Source: Klebsormidium nitens (lineage: Eukaryota > Plantae > Klebsormidiophyceae). From it: a stretch of DNA of 64,000 nucleotides. The stretch covers positions 1 to 64,000 of the forward strand of contig DF237210.1 in NCBI GenBank assembly GCA_000708835.1, given 5' to 3'. Made by a program: the position numbers and the translations under genes. The notes below the pieces were generated by a model. The model was not told the DNA's origin. It saw nothing but the letters and a program-made list of their open reading frames with translations, and did no database searches. This document shows positions 30,851-43,929 of the stretch, piece by piece (positions within the stretch are counted from its first letter, which is position 1; every line of letters starts with the position of its first letter).

Positions 30851-33800
30851 TCACAATTTCGAGTAATTGTACACCCCCTTCCCGACTTTCTTCCCCAGCC
30901 ATCCGGCGTCCACGTATTGCACCAGGAGTGGACACGGCCGGTACTTGCTGTCCCCCAGGCCGTCGTGAAGGACCCGCATAATCGCAAGGCACGTGTCCAA
31001 ACCTGCAAGCAACGAAACCAACGGGTACTCTTAGGAATCTCAAGTGCTAAGTCCTCCCTCTGCAAAAAGTTGGCTGACACAACAGAATCTTCAACAGTAG
31101 CTTCGATTGCAAGCTGGACGCGTTTAAGTATTTTGGGGAACCCGGTACGAAAGTGACATGGCCAACGCTGCCTTCCGTGAAGTCAAGCAGGCGCGCAAAA
31201 CTAGGCGATAGAGCGGCCGATTCGAATCCATCGCCGTCGAACTCAATCACGCTCTGAGGCGCTGGGAGGTCGGTAGCAGCCAAACGCAAAAGCCGGTTGC
31301 GGGAGCGGAAGCCAAGAGCCTACAAAAGTACGAAAAGGATGAAGCCGGGGCGGACGTGTCCCTTACCGATAAAGTCAGCCAGGGTTAGCGGGCCCATAGG
31401 CTGGTTAGTTCCGAGCTTCATCCCTAGGTCGATGTCCTGCGCCGACGCAACCTGCAACCGTATGCCTGAACGCTCAGGAACGATAGAACAGCCCCCAGAT
31501 GGTTGCGCTTTCGCAGCAAAAGGGGACGGAAAACCAGGTCGAGCAGAGCGTCAGATTGTTGGGAGCAAAGCGCTTCAAGTTAAGAAAGCCGGAGACCAAC
31601 AGTTCTCGATCATTGAGTAATACACATCATTTAGCCTAGGCACCAAGCCGACATGCAACCTGCTGTGCCCGTAGCACCTTCATATAACGTTCATGTCGTG
31701 CCTGTTGCAAACCTTCACATTTGAAGGGCACGCGAGCATTTGGTTGGAACGGATGACAAGACTTTCAAGGAAAGCTCCTCCGATACCTCAACTTCGGCTA
31801 TCTGACAAGACTTTGGGAAAGACGACACGATAAAAACAATCCACTTTGTCGGATGGGAAAGAAGACTGACCCCCTCATAGAGCGCGTAGAAGGCCTCGTT
31901 GATCATGGGCATGAGTACCCGGTTGACAATGAAGCCTGGGTAGTCCTTGGAGCAGCACACGGTCTTGCCCAGCCAGTGCGCAAGCTGCTTCGTGTCTTCG
32001 AACACTGCATCCTGCATCGCACGAAACAAGCATCACAGATTCTGGAAGCTTACAGCAGATATGGCAACACGGAGACATGTGGTTGGCCCAAAATTGAGTC
32101 CTTTTCCAGGACCATACAGGTATCCAAAAGGCCCATGATCGCTTTCAATAACGAAGTAAAACGAAGAGTTTGACTTTCCATTGATCCGCAACCATCCATC
32201 TGTTACCTATATTGTGATAAACCACGAAGCTGGGGGTTCTTGACGGGTGCTTGTCTATCGAGTCTCGCACCTTCATCCAATGCCTAAATCATGCATCAAG
32301 GATCTGGAGAGCGACGCGGTAGGGACCAGAAAGATACCAGAAACGAAGAGGCAGCACGAAGAGGGGGCCAAATCCTAAAGAGACACTCACGTCTGTGGCG
32401 ATGCCCCGCACGATCTCGACCAGCTTCATGAGCGGCACCGGGTTCATGAAGTGCATCCCAATGACACGCTCCGGCCGCTGCGTGGCGGCCGCGATGCGTG
32501 TTATTGAGATGGAGCTGGTGTTGGACGCCAGGATAGCTTCCTTGGCAACAATCTGCAAACGCACTCAGCTTGAGTTAGTGGAAACCTCATCAAGTCAAAC
32601 ATCTTATGGCGACCATCTGCACAGACTTTCGGGTCCTTGGTTACAATCAGCAAGGAGAAGCTGCTATTTCGTCATGGGACGAGCTGAAAGCGAGGCGAAG
32701 AAAAGACGGCTATGAGCCAATTTGTGACAGCTTCCCATGCTTGGCTGGATTCTGTGCACGATTTCCAGTTCCTTGGAAACTTTGTGCAACGGTCCACAGG
32801 AGTTTTGGAGGCAGTTGAAGGTGGGGCAGCACCGGGCCCAGGCAGAGTGTACGAACGCGCGAGAGGGTGTGGTTTTGAACCAGACACAGAAGCGTTTTTT
32901 TGTTGTGTGATCCAGCCGGGGAACCCAAATCTAGAGGGATGGGTGCGATGCTTTCGAACTCCTGACTGGGAGGATGAGATACCAGGCAACATTTCTCGAA
33001 GAAGGATGGACGAACGGCAGATGCGTGAACGCTCAAACAAAGCTTCCTTGCACTCATTCGAACTTCATGGAACGATCCTACAGAAGAGCGACAGTTTGAC
33101 AGCAATAAGAGCCAAGAGACAGAATACTACAAATCAAAGAAGGCTTCCGGATGAAAGCAGAGGGGATCTGTCTGCAGGCCCTGTCAGCTGATGATTCCCG
33201 CTTACTGCAATAAGCAAGCAGCAGCAGTAAGCAGGTGCGCAACAAAAGGGAGGCGCAGGATTCGTACTGTGGACCCTCACAGAAAACATTGAGTGAATCT
33301 CGAGTTGACCGAGTTCAGTGCACAAGCTCGGGCCAGTCCAAACAGTCTCTCCTGAAAGATGCAGGCTTGTGGCCACCCTTTCTTTCTCATCTGGGGCTTC
33401 CTTTTAGAGGCCAGGTCTTTCGTGCAGATGAATGGACGTTCTCTGATTCTTTGTGCCGCTTGTCACGGCAAAGAGTAGGGTCAACTCTCTCAACGCCAGA
33501 TCCAGCACCCTAAGAAGACTTCGCAGCTGCTATTAAAGTTTTGTATTCATGTTCTGCCCCACCTTGTCCAGCTCGGAGAAGATTCGCCTCTTGAGTGCTT
33601 CGTTCTCAGCCACAGCCTCAATCACAACGTCTGCTGAATGGAAGTCCTCCAGGGTGGTGGTAGTTTGTACGCGCTTCATGATCTTCTCAGCTTCCTCCTG
33701 CACTAGATAAACACTTGCAATCATTGGACAGATAGTGCAACTGCTAGACAGACACCATACACATTCACCTGATGGTCAACGGCACTCACGATGTTTTCAG

Positions 33801-34267
33801 CTTCTTCCTGCACCACCGAACAACGTCGACAGTGAGCTGGACAATGAGCTGTCCAAATTAGGCAGCGTGCACAATCACCTGATTGTCAAAGGAATGTGAT
33901 CAGCGGGCCTGATCTGCACCTCTCATTACTTCTTGCCATTCTGTGCCTCGTCAACGACCTTGCTCCAATACAATTGCAGAAGCCAGATGCAGCCCCCTCG
34001 TTGTAACTTTTGATAAGAAACATTTCTAGCCCTCACCTGCCCCAAAGTCCCTTTTGTCACGAACTTTGTCAAAGAAGCCTTAATTGTCTGCATGCCCCGG
34101 TCCAGCGCCCTTTGATCCACGTCACTCAAGATCACGTCCAGGCTAGCAGTGGCAGCGACCTGCGCGATTCCGCTCCCCATCTGCCCAGCTCCAACCACTC
34201 CCAGCACCGAAAACCGTGCAGCCATAGAGGAGAAACCTCGAAGAACCGCAGTCGGCTGCGTTGCCAT
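30851..34267 (-). CDS. HBD: 3-hydroxybutyryl-CoA dehydrogenase (3-hydroxyacyl-CoA DH family)
   Basis: Exons 34267-34037, 33697-33563, 32552-32391, 32011-31871, 31451-31367, 31002-30851. [91 protein letters not shown]. Confidence 0.97.
33790..33815 (-). repeat. intronic copy of HBD exon-2 start forming a candidate 18-nt micro-exon
   Basis: gtgcag|GAAGAAGCTGAAAACATC|gtgagt versus real gtgcag|GAGGAAGCTGAGAAGATCATG. Confidence 0.8.
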
Positions 34268-35488
34268 GGCTCCGGCCCCCCAGGATTCTTACATCCAAGA
34301 GTCTGCTCCAGAACAAGTCTTCAATATTGTAAGATGATGAGGACAAGATTGCTCATGACAGCTCAGGCTTCCTTTGCAAGAATGCGGCGTATCTCTCACC
34401 TCCAACCAGCTGCGCGTTGCAGCGTTGCCTTCCTCAGCTTTTTCCCTGCTTTTTCTCAAACTTCAAAGGCTCCTCAGGGCTCAAGCTACCTAGCCATGGG
34501 CAAAACGATATGTTGAAATCAGCAACCGCGTGAAATTAGGGTTCCAGATAGTTTGCCAGGTCAGCATGACTGAAGGAACTGTCGACGAATCAGCGACGCC
34601 ATGTGTCAATATAATGCAAAAGATATTGGCTCAATCTAGGCTGGCGGGAAAGGTTTTTGCGCAGCACCTTCATGTACTACCACTCTAGCTTCTAGCTCCA
34701 TGTAGGACACAGAACAATATCATTGGCCATCATATTACACGTCCCATGATATATATGTGTGATTTAACCAGGCTGTCTCTGTAGATTTTGATACTTGAAC
34801 TAGCTTAGTGACACCAGTGACACCAATTTTTACGGTGTTGCACAAGCTCGGTGAGCTTCGATTGTCTTGCATGAAGCAGTTTGCATTGAAAGGGGAAAAG
34901 GATGTAGACATCATGATGTCATCTTGCAAGCTGCATTGCAAGCAAGCGCATGGCCGGACATCGCTGGCCACGTACCCGGCCCGATTTCACCATGCCGCAC
35001 GTAATCATGAGACCAAACCCTCGACAATATTACATACAAGTACCCAGCATCGAAACAAGTTGTTTTCATTTGCGCTTTCTACCTTCTTAGTAAGGAACAG
35101 ATTGATTGCCTTTACATGATCTAATTTGGCTGTGGCACAAAGCGACGGTTATGCTCATTTCCGGGTCATCATTGTATGCGTCCGGATGCACATGGACAGA
35201 AACTGGATGCACCAGCGCTCAAACCTCAAGGAGCTGGAAGTTGCTATTGCCTAATCAACATTCTATTGTACATTTAACTTGAAAGCAGACCACGCTCAAA
35301 CGATTCGGTATGCCCTGTTCTTTCTCCGCCAAAAACGTTAAAACCCTTTCCTCTTGATTGAGCCACAATGCGAGCAAACGGCCACATGGCGACCTTTCTG
35401 AAAAGTTTACAATTCAACCACCTGGTAAGTACAAAACCTGACCTTTACCTTTCATGTACTCTTCCAATCAAATATCACGTGTCACGTG

Positions 35489-38400
35489 TCACTTTCGATC
35501 AACTGATGGTGCACCGATTCTGATACTATCAAAACGTCGGACCGCGGAGTTTCCGGATTCCAGCATCGAGAAGAAAGTCGAGGCCGAAACCGGCTGGAAC
35601 GGCCTGAATGCAAATGGCGCTATTTCGACGTCCAACAAATGACCGCTGTCTGTCACCATTGAGTAGAAGCCGCTCATTTGACCCATGCCCTTCGCTTGGA
35701 TTGCAGCCGTGCTAGCATACGAGTGCGACTCCCCCGGCGGAATGTTTGGCTGTTGCCCAAGCACGCCTGGACCGTGTACCTGTGATCAGAATACCCGTCA
35801 GCGCTCAGATGGTTGTGGAAACTTGCAGGAGCGGATGCACGTAGGGATGCACGCATGGGGTGGCGCTTCCGGCCAATACTCAGCCATACGAACAATGGTG
35901 CACTAGCAAGAGCCTGTACAAGTTGAGGAGTAGCATACGCTGACTGGTTTCCGCATATTGGGAGGATTTGAGTCGACTTACTGTAGGAAACAAATGAGCA
36001 GACACAGGGCATCGGATGTTGCCGACATGGGACGATCGAAGACCCAACTGTCTTGCAGACTTCAATTTCTACGAAACCTATGATGCTCTGGGCAAAGGCC
36101 AATTCGATGCCACTCATACTCTAGAAAATCGTCAAGTGATCGGGTACATAGTAATCACAGGGCGAGCGTTTTGATTCGAGCAACCAACATTTTGATCCGT
36201 GGTGTCCAATAGAATACAGAGGATACAAAACAGAACAATCAAGTGGCTTCTCGTAGGCGCACTAATATGGGGAAGCCAGCAGCCAAGTGAAGCTCCATTA
36301 TCTTTGTCAACCAGCAAAGTCGAGAATACCTCTGCAAAAGCGGCTAGGGGCTGACAGCACTGGGACCCCTTACCTCTTGCAAGTTCCCCTCGGAATCTAA
36401 GATTTTGAAGGTGCGACTGAGCAGAGTGACTGGCTCCTTGCCCTCGTTCGTAATCGTCACCTGTAAGCAGAAGACATCGCTGGACAGCTGTAAAGACGAG
36501 CACGAAGTGCAACCATTTCGAAACTACTGCACTCAATACTTCTGTCCCGAAGGCCCAGCAAGTTCAACAACGTAAGAGACGAAGTGAAGACAGCTTTAAA
36601 AAATGCGCGTTCCATCCCTAACCTACGACAGGAAGGTTCGACAACAAAGCTGGCCCGTTCAATATACAAAGCTGCCTTTTGCGATGGGGCAGAACAAGAG
36701 TTGTTCTCTTGCTGTTGGGTCTTGCTGTTGGTCAGAGGCAGGCTCCTGTCCTGTTTGAAATGAGATCAAAAAGGAGCTTCCCTCCGAACACTGTCAACCA
36801 ACGTTGAGTTTGTCCACGAGCTTCTTCCTTTTGTTGACCATGGATTCCAGACAAACGAGCTTCTTCCTTCTCTTGACCGTAATTTGCAGATGGAAACAAG
36901 CGCTTAAAACATCCACAGGCTTTTAGGCGTCTTGACATAGATCGCCGATCGAAATTGCAACGGTCCGGAAGTACTCTTGTAACCTCGAAGCTCCAGCATC
37001 GTGACGGGCTATCATCAACGCGCAACGGATTGCCATCTAAGCGAGGCAGTCCAACGTCGCTTCTGACGTCTGAGGACATCTTTGCCATGTGCGAGAGAAA
37101 CTACAGTACGGGTTTGTCGGACCTATCAAACACAAACAACTCAACCGGAAAAACGTGGAGCTCGAAAACCTTTGCGGCCCTTTACTCTCGCCTCAACTTA
37201 AGCCGGCTCCTGCCAACGGGATCTTGACTTTCTCCGACCCAGAAAGCGAAAAGGTTGGCTCACGTGGTACTGGTAGATGTGCTGCTGGATCCGGTGCATC
37301 TGCTGCTGCGCAATGAAAGTGCTGTACATGGAAACCCGCACGCAGTCCGTCACTGCTTCGCTTCGCGGCAGCACCGTTAGCTGTTCCAGGAGCCGTGCCT
37401 GCCGGCCCAGCCGTGAAAGGAACCGGAACCCCGTGCTTATCCGGTCGTCAAGATCCTGCCAGAGAGAGTTTATGGCGTTGGATCAATTTGAGAGAGTCTT
37501 TTGCCAAGCTTGCACCCGACCTGTGCTTTGAAAGAACACAAGTTTCAATAAGTACCAATGTAAGAGAAATTGAAACCTTGTGCTTATCCCCTCATCAAGA
37601 TCCTGCTGGGTATATGCCGTCAGGAGATGGATGCGGCTTTAACAAAGTATCTGAGGCTCTTTTTCAACACCCAATTTGAAGTATGGAGGAACCCTCAGGA
37701 GAAAGATTCAGAGGCTTTCCGTGTAGATCGGAACTTTGGTACCCCTGATATTGAGAAAGTCAGTGACAGACTGTGAGAGCATGCTAAAAAGAGCGCCAGC
37801 TGTTCATCTCAGCAAAGTGTCTTCAATCATAGACATCAAAGATCCTTGACGGGGTCAGAAGGTTGGCGAGTAGACAGATGCAGCAGACCTGGTATCAAGT
37901 CAGATAAGGCTATCATGCGTAGACTCCGTGGTATTGGGCGAAGCCCTGGGAAAACAGATGGTGCCTAGCCATGCAGCTGTTGCACTTTTGGAGTATTCTG
38001 GCACCTGGTTGATACGGTTGAAAATTGTCCTTCCTTGCACATTGACCTTGCAGCAGAAGTTTTCCTAAAGGATATCTAAATATTAACAACTTCCATTCAA
38101 TCTAACAGTATCTGCAGCAGTTTTCGCGTGCATCAGAAGTACTCTTCTCGCACAGCTAAAATCGAATCATCACAAGGCCACTTCCTCCAATGCAAGGCGT
38201 CACATGTATTAATCAAGGCCAGTCGGGTTGAGCTATGATGGTGAAAGTGGGGCTAATACATACAACCAGGCCAGGAAAGAAGACGTCGAAATCTTAGGTT
38301 CGCTCCCTGCCGAAAATCTCAAGTCGATGACAAGAACCTCTCACTTGGTCCTTCATCGTTCTCCGGAACTCCTCCCGCACAACTTGCTTGAGATCCTCTG

Positions 38401-38905
38401 GCCCCCTTTCCGCGGCCAGGGCGATTGAAGACAATTGCTCGGCGCACCAGAGAATCTCTGTCTGAAATACAAGACCAAAAAATGGTTTGTAGACCTTGCT
38501 AAGCTCTTCAGAAAGTACTCTAGGTTCAGAGAGTTTCGGAGTAGCCGGGCAGAAAAGTCCCCGAGTTTATGCTGACCTCTCTTCAATGGGGCAAGAAGCA
38601 ACATAACACCACTCCTTTCTATACCATACTTCGTCCAAATCGGGCAGTGCACGGGGATGCACTCTCTGTAAGAGTGCCCCTCATCATGCACTCAAACAAC
38701 ACAATAACTAACTGAAGCAATATCAACAGGAGCTGGCTGTCCTGGAAAGAAAGGATAGGCGTATGGCAGTAGAGAGGGCGCCACCAACCTGCGGAAGTAT
38801 TTGACTCCAAACCCCACCATGTCGCTCAATCTGCTTGGCAAGATTCCGAGCCGCAATCAACAAAGAGCGATACAGCGGCCGCACAATCGGCGCACTTGAC
38901 TCCAT
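35489..38905 (-). CDS. LYR-like N-terminal domain + ApaG (DUF525) domain protein, about 267 aa
   Basis: Exons 38905-38789, 38461-38345, 37455-37264, 36460-36374, 35779-35489, all phase 0. N-term VRPLYRSLLIAAR..VREEFRR..DLDDRISTGFRFLSRL; ApaG SEAVTDCVRV..YHVTITNEGKEPVTLLSRTFKI..VHGPGVLGQQPNIPPGESHSYAS..GQMSGFYSMV..DVEIAPFAF. Confidence 0.88.
37577..37606 (-). repeat. intronic copy of acceptor + start of ApaG-gene exon 3
   Basis: gcag|GATCTTGATGAGGGGATAAGCACA versus real gcag|GATCTTGACGACCGGATAAGCACG (37455). Confidence 0.8.
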
Positions 38906-39504
38906 TGCTGTACCACCCTCAAGTTTACTAAGGAAGGCAAAAGTGGTGAGTGTTCATAAAGGCCTCCAATCCGTTCTACTCCAGCTACAGATGGAGTCCT
39001 GGCGGAGCTACAACTGATTTTTTAGGTTGGAGTCCGTTTCTGAAGTCTGATCAGGACTGTTCGAGCTGCCCCTGCCAGCATGCATGCATGCGCGCATCTT
39101 TCTTGGGAGGAGGAGAATTTTGTGGCACGGCATGATGCCGTGCCATGAAGTCGTTGAGTTCAAATCTCTAAGGATTCTCTTGAGTCCGTCTTCTAGCCAC
39201 TGCAATCACCTACACAACCACGGGCAAAGCCTTTTGAGAATATCCAAGTAGTGCAATATTGCAATGAAGCCTGCGCACTAGCGCCTATCAGCGCAGCAGG
39301 CTCTCTTCTCTGGTCGCTTGCAGCACACGCTCTGACGCTGTCTAAGTGGTTCACGTCCAGCGTCTAGACCGTAATGCTACATTGTTCCCCGTGGAAAGAC
39401 CAGGAAGGGCGCATTCAGCTTCCCAAAAGCGCTGGGATCTCATCTGATATTTCTTCTCAAGTCTAAGACACCAGCCAGAATTGGTCTTTGCGGTGTGAGA
39501 GGCC

Positions 39505-42500
39505 ATGGCATCAACTTGGATTATTCGGGTTTTGAGTGACAAGAATGAAAGCAGCTGGAAGTATCGAGGGGAGGGGGCCGCAAACGCTGTTGTCGCTTAC
39601 ACAGGTCCTGACAAGGACCTTGCAGGCAAAGTGTTGAGGATTCAGAAGGCTGGCGTGAAAAAGGCCAGGCCTCCCGAACCGCAACGCTTTCGTCTGTCAG
39701 CGCACTTTGATTTGAACATTCAGAATGAAACAGACAGCGGGGAAGCTGGTAAACTTCAACCAGTGGATAGTGCATCTGTCGGTTCTGGAGGTGTCGGGAA
39801 GGTTTCTTCTCCGCTGCTGAATGGTTCACCACTTCGACATCAGAAGGTTGGAGGTGGTCGAGCAAACGGTGTAGAGGCTGCTCCTTTAGTTGACGAGATC
39901 GAAGATACGTCAAAGCCTGACATTCCAGAAAGAGAAGTATCAGCAGGCCCCCTCTTGGAGCCCCTTGAGCAGGAGATCTGGGCAAGATTCCCAACGGTTG
40001 CTGCTGCCAAGACTGCAGTGGAGTTGGTGCATGAGTACGCCAGGCACGTGATGGGACCGTTACTTGGGGAGGCGTTCGTGGACCCTGGGGTAAGGTGGCA
40101 CCTCTGGAAATGGACTCTAAGCTCTCTGTCGAGGATAATCGGAGTAGATGCTCAAGAATGTATCAAGAGCCTCGAGACTTTTTTCGGGCTTGGAGCAGCT
40201 TGGAATGGACCAGGACAAGGAAGACTTCTGGCGCTCGGAACACTCAAACTGGTCCGCATGCACTGTCAATTGGCTACATCTGGATCAAATCTGTGATCTT
40301 GAGTGTATCGCGCTAGGTTCAGAATCTCTAGATGACAGCGTAAGTGGCCCCCTGAAGCCACAGTAGTTTACTCACATTGCCCTCATGCAGGATAGCAAGT
40401 AATCCTCATTCCCCTGCCCCCCCCAACTCAAATGCATCCTGCTTGGTTCGCTGCAGGTGCCTGTACCTGCTGAGGATGACTTCCTTAAGTCGCTAACGGC
40501 AGTTGTTGAAGGCAGCCGTCCCGGGAGGTGGCAAAAGGAGGGCCCCTTGCGGTTACAGAGCGGTTGGGCATTGCTTATCACTGACCACGCAGCATCACCA
40601 GGGGAAACTTTTGCACTCGCGAATGGACAAGAAGGGGGGTCGTTTCAACGAAGGGGCCCGTCTGTTTGTGTTGAGATTAAGGTATGCAGCGGCGCCTGGC
40701 TTTGCCAGCGGGACAGAATCGTGTACTGACTGCTTTCGACGAGCTAATCTAGGGAACAGAAGAATTGTGGTTTGACGCTATTGTTGATGGAGTATGTCTC
40801 GCGCGCCTCTCCTGGAGGGTCACCCGAGACGTTGTTGGTTTCACGACTTGTTCTCAAATTGTAGGAATCGGCGGCTACAATTGACACCTTCATGTGACTC
40901 TTGACTGCTTGCTTTGGCTTGACCAGGCTGTTGTGTCATGCAGCCGAAAGCAGGCTTCCTGCCAACCTCCGAGTGCATCTCCCCTGCCAATCGGGTGAAA
41001 CTCGAGAAGACGAGATACGAGTTGATGCAGCATTTGAAGGCCGAACAAGGAAAGGTAAACTTTGAAGCGCTGTTACAAGTTCAAAGAGTTGCGTGTCTGC
41101 TTGACCTTGTGCCATCTCGAGCTCCATTTCGAGCTCTTCGAAGAGCTAACGTCAAAGAACGGGGCAGCAAGACCACCAGCAGAGCAGGTTATTGCTCCGT
41201 AGCCACGCGCTTCTCAAATTCTGAAGCAGAGCCCATCTGCTCTGCCAGTCGTAGGAACGCCGCACGGAAGACAGTCAATCGCCCTTGGCGTCTCTTCAAT
41301 GAGGCTTCGCTCTTGCAGGTCGATGCCATCAGCTCTTACGACCCCCTCGACCTCTTCTCCATGCATCCGAGCCACGTCATACGAGCGATCGACTCCCTCT
41401 TCGACAATCCGCAGAACAATCTAAGGGTGTTTATCAACGGCGAGGCTATCAAACGGACGTCTAGAGAGTCCTCAGAAGACACTGGGGCGCTCGCAGGACT
41501 CGAGGAAGCTCTAGAAGGGTTCTGCGAAACTGCTGATGGGTTGAGGGTAGAAGTGTTGAAGGAGCTGCTGGTACAGAGACTGGCTGGATCGATCCTCCTG
41601 GAACGGCTCCGCAGCGCGCAGATGCTGGACCGGTTCGACATCGAGGGCGTCATACATGTGAGTCCAATCGCCTTTCTTTTCGTTCATTCTAGAGGTTTGA
41701 TGTAGTCAAGCTTCGTTGATGGAAACTTGAATAACAGCGGAAGGGTCAATATGGCGGTCTGAGAAGGGAAGAGCCCTTTGGTTATCAAGGCCTCGACCTT
41801 GGAATACTCACAGCCCAGATCTGAATTACCGAGAAAAGAGAACAATAGCATAAACGCGGCGATATCAGTACGTTTTCGGACGGTCAGGTTTTGAGCGCGG
41901 AGAGTGTGGTGGGAGCGCTGAGTTGCAGAGCGAGCCTTTGTAAGGCCCTTCCAACTCCATCACTTTCGCTCATATTGCTCCTGACCGCTGATTGGGCTCA
42001 CCGTCAACCTGTACGTGTGGCCGCATCTCCTGAGCATACGAAGAAACATACAGCGATTCAGTCCGCAATTTCAAAGCAACCCAGGTTACTCTCAGGCTTG
42101 TCTGGACCTTTTCGCTCTCCGGAGTCTGAATTGCGAGCCAATAGCCACTGCAATTTCAGAACTGCTCTCAACTGCTCTCTGTGTCGCAGCTGTACTGGGC
42201 CCTCTGCGGAAGTCCGTCCGACCGGGTGGCGCCCAAAGAGCTTCCCGACGCCACGAAACGGCTTCTCAGCCTGCCCCGGGAGTCCCAGCTCGATGTTCTG
42301 AGGGAATTCTTGATTGCGGCGACTGCCAAAGACTGCGGACTGATGCTGACGTTCGAAGCCGTTGAAGAGGAGGTTGCTCAGCAGTTCCGCTTTTCGGAGG
42401 CCTCGCCTACGGGGGTTCTGAAGCTCCGGGGAAAGTCCTATTTCTGTAAGGTACGTGACGCTGGGAAGGTCGGGCTCGTTAATGTTGTAGATTTAGTATT

Positions 42501-42939
42501 CATCCACCAGTTCCCCTGGTTCCTCTGGCGAATCTTAGCAATCTCCTCGTTTGTTTGGCGAACCTTAGTGTAGGGCAAGAGTGCAGTTTGTTTGGTCTGG
42601 ATCTCTGTGAAAAACGGGCAACTTGTGAAGACTTGCACTCGCGATTGATTTTCTTCTGCCTATTTGTCCGCCAATTTCTATCCCAGAGGTCTGGTCAAAG
42701 CTCTAGCTCTACTAGTCCTTCATTCATCGAAATAGCATCCATCTGACTCTCTGGGTTTGCTTTAGATTGCATTTACGAAGTCGTGTGCATGTGCTTGGAA
42801 CCAGAACAAACAGTTACTTCTTTTGTGTCAGGTTGCCTATGTTGATTTGGACCTGAAGTCGTTCAGAAAGATTCCAAAGTACTGGGAACTAGATCAGCAG
42901 ATTGTTGCCGCTTATAAGACCGGGACACAGGAGGTGTAG
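39505..42939 (+). CDS. IPK1: inositol-pentakisphosphate 2-kinase
   Basis: Exons 39505-40089, 40457-40681, 40944-41054, 41319-41657, 42190-42450, 42832-42939. WKYRGEGAANAV, VEIKPKAGF, YDPLDLFS, PQNNLRVF, LIAATAKDCGLM, VDLDLKSFRKIPKYWELDQQI. Confidence 0.96.
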
Positions 42940-43929
42940 CTCGCGAGTTGTAGAAAAGGTTTCCAAGGTTGACCAGTGCCCAGGTTAAATTGCCTAGATC
43001 CAATACGCTTTGCTCGAAACCCTTGTATTATATCGGTTTGATTGAAATGTGAACAGATTGACGATGCTTTTAAGCTTGATGATTCAAGAGGCCTGTCCAA
43101 GTACTGACTCGACGTCACTAGAGACACTCGGTGCTCAACCTACTTTCTTTGTTATGTTTGTTTCACGTTATGCGCTGGCATTGGACTGTAGCTTTACTAA
43201 ACCTACAAGCCGGTGGTTGAATGATGCTGCAATTATCTCTTTACAAGCGCTGGCCTGTCCGACCTGGGATGCACGGGTTTCCGCGAATTCATTCAGTCTA
43301 GGATGACCGTTTCTATGGAAAAACAATGAAATTCTGATGCAATGATCACCTGCCAAAAGGCACCTTGCAAGATGGCTGCAGCCTTTATGCAAATATGCAG
43401 AAAGCGGAAGGTACGTATACCGTCCGAGCTTGTCAGTGTAACTACTAACAACGTTGAAGCAATCATTACATGGACCATGGCAAGCCGGCCGCATGTATCA
43501 GTACGTGTATAGATCTCCAAGTTCATCATGATTCATGGAAGCGTCCTACGTCATGCATGTCTGTGCGGCATGGCACACATGCAAACTACCGTACGGTATT
43601 AGACCGTATGCGCGTTGTTGATAGACTCCACCGAAACCGTTCACCTGTGCACTCCCTCTGAATCTGACGGTTACCGTACATGGCTCGAAAGATTCTTGAT
43701 GCGCAAAATTTTCCTGCATCATATGAGAGGGGCCTTTCTTATGTCAACAACTTTTGAATCGCAAGGCAGTCACTGTTGTGTGAGCGCTTTGTTTGACCTG
43801 CCATGCTTCTGCTGCTAGACAATACTTTGCTCAGGAGCTAAGCTTCTTTCATGCAGTCTGTATTTCTTAGGTGAATCCTTTCAGCAGAAGACTTGAGCCT
43901 CCTTGGATCCACCTAAGAATGAAGCATCA

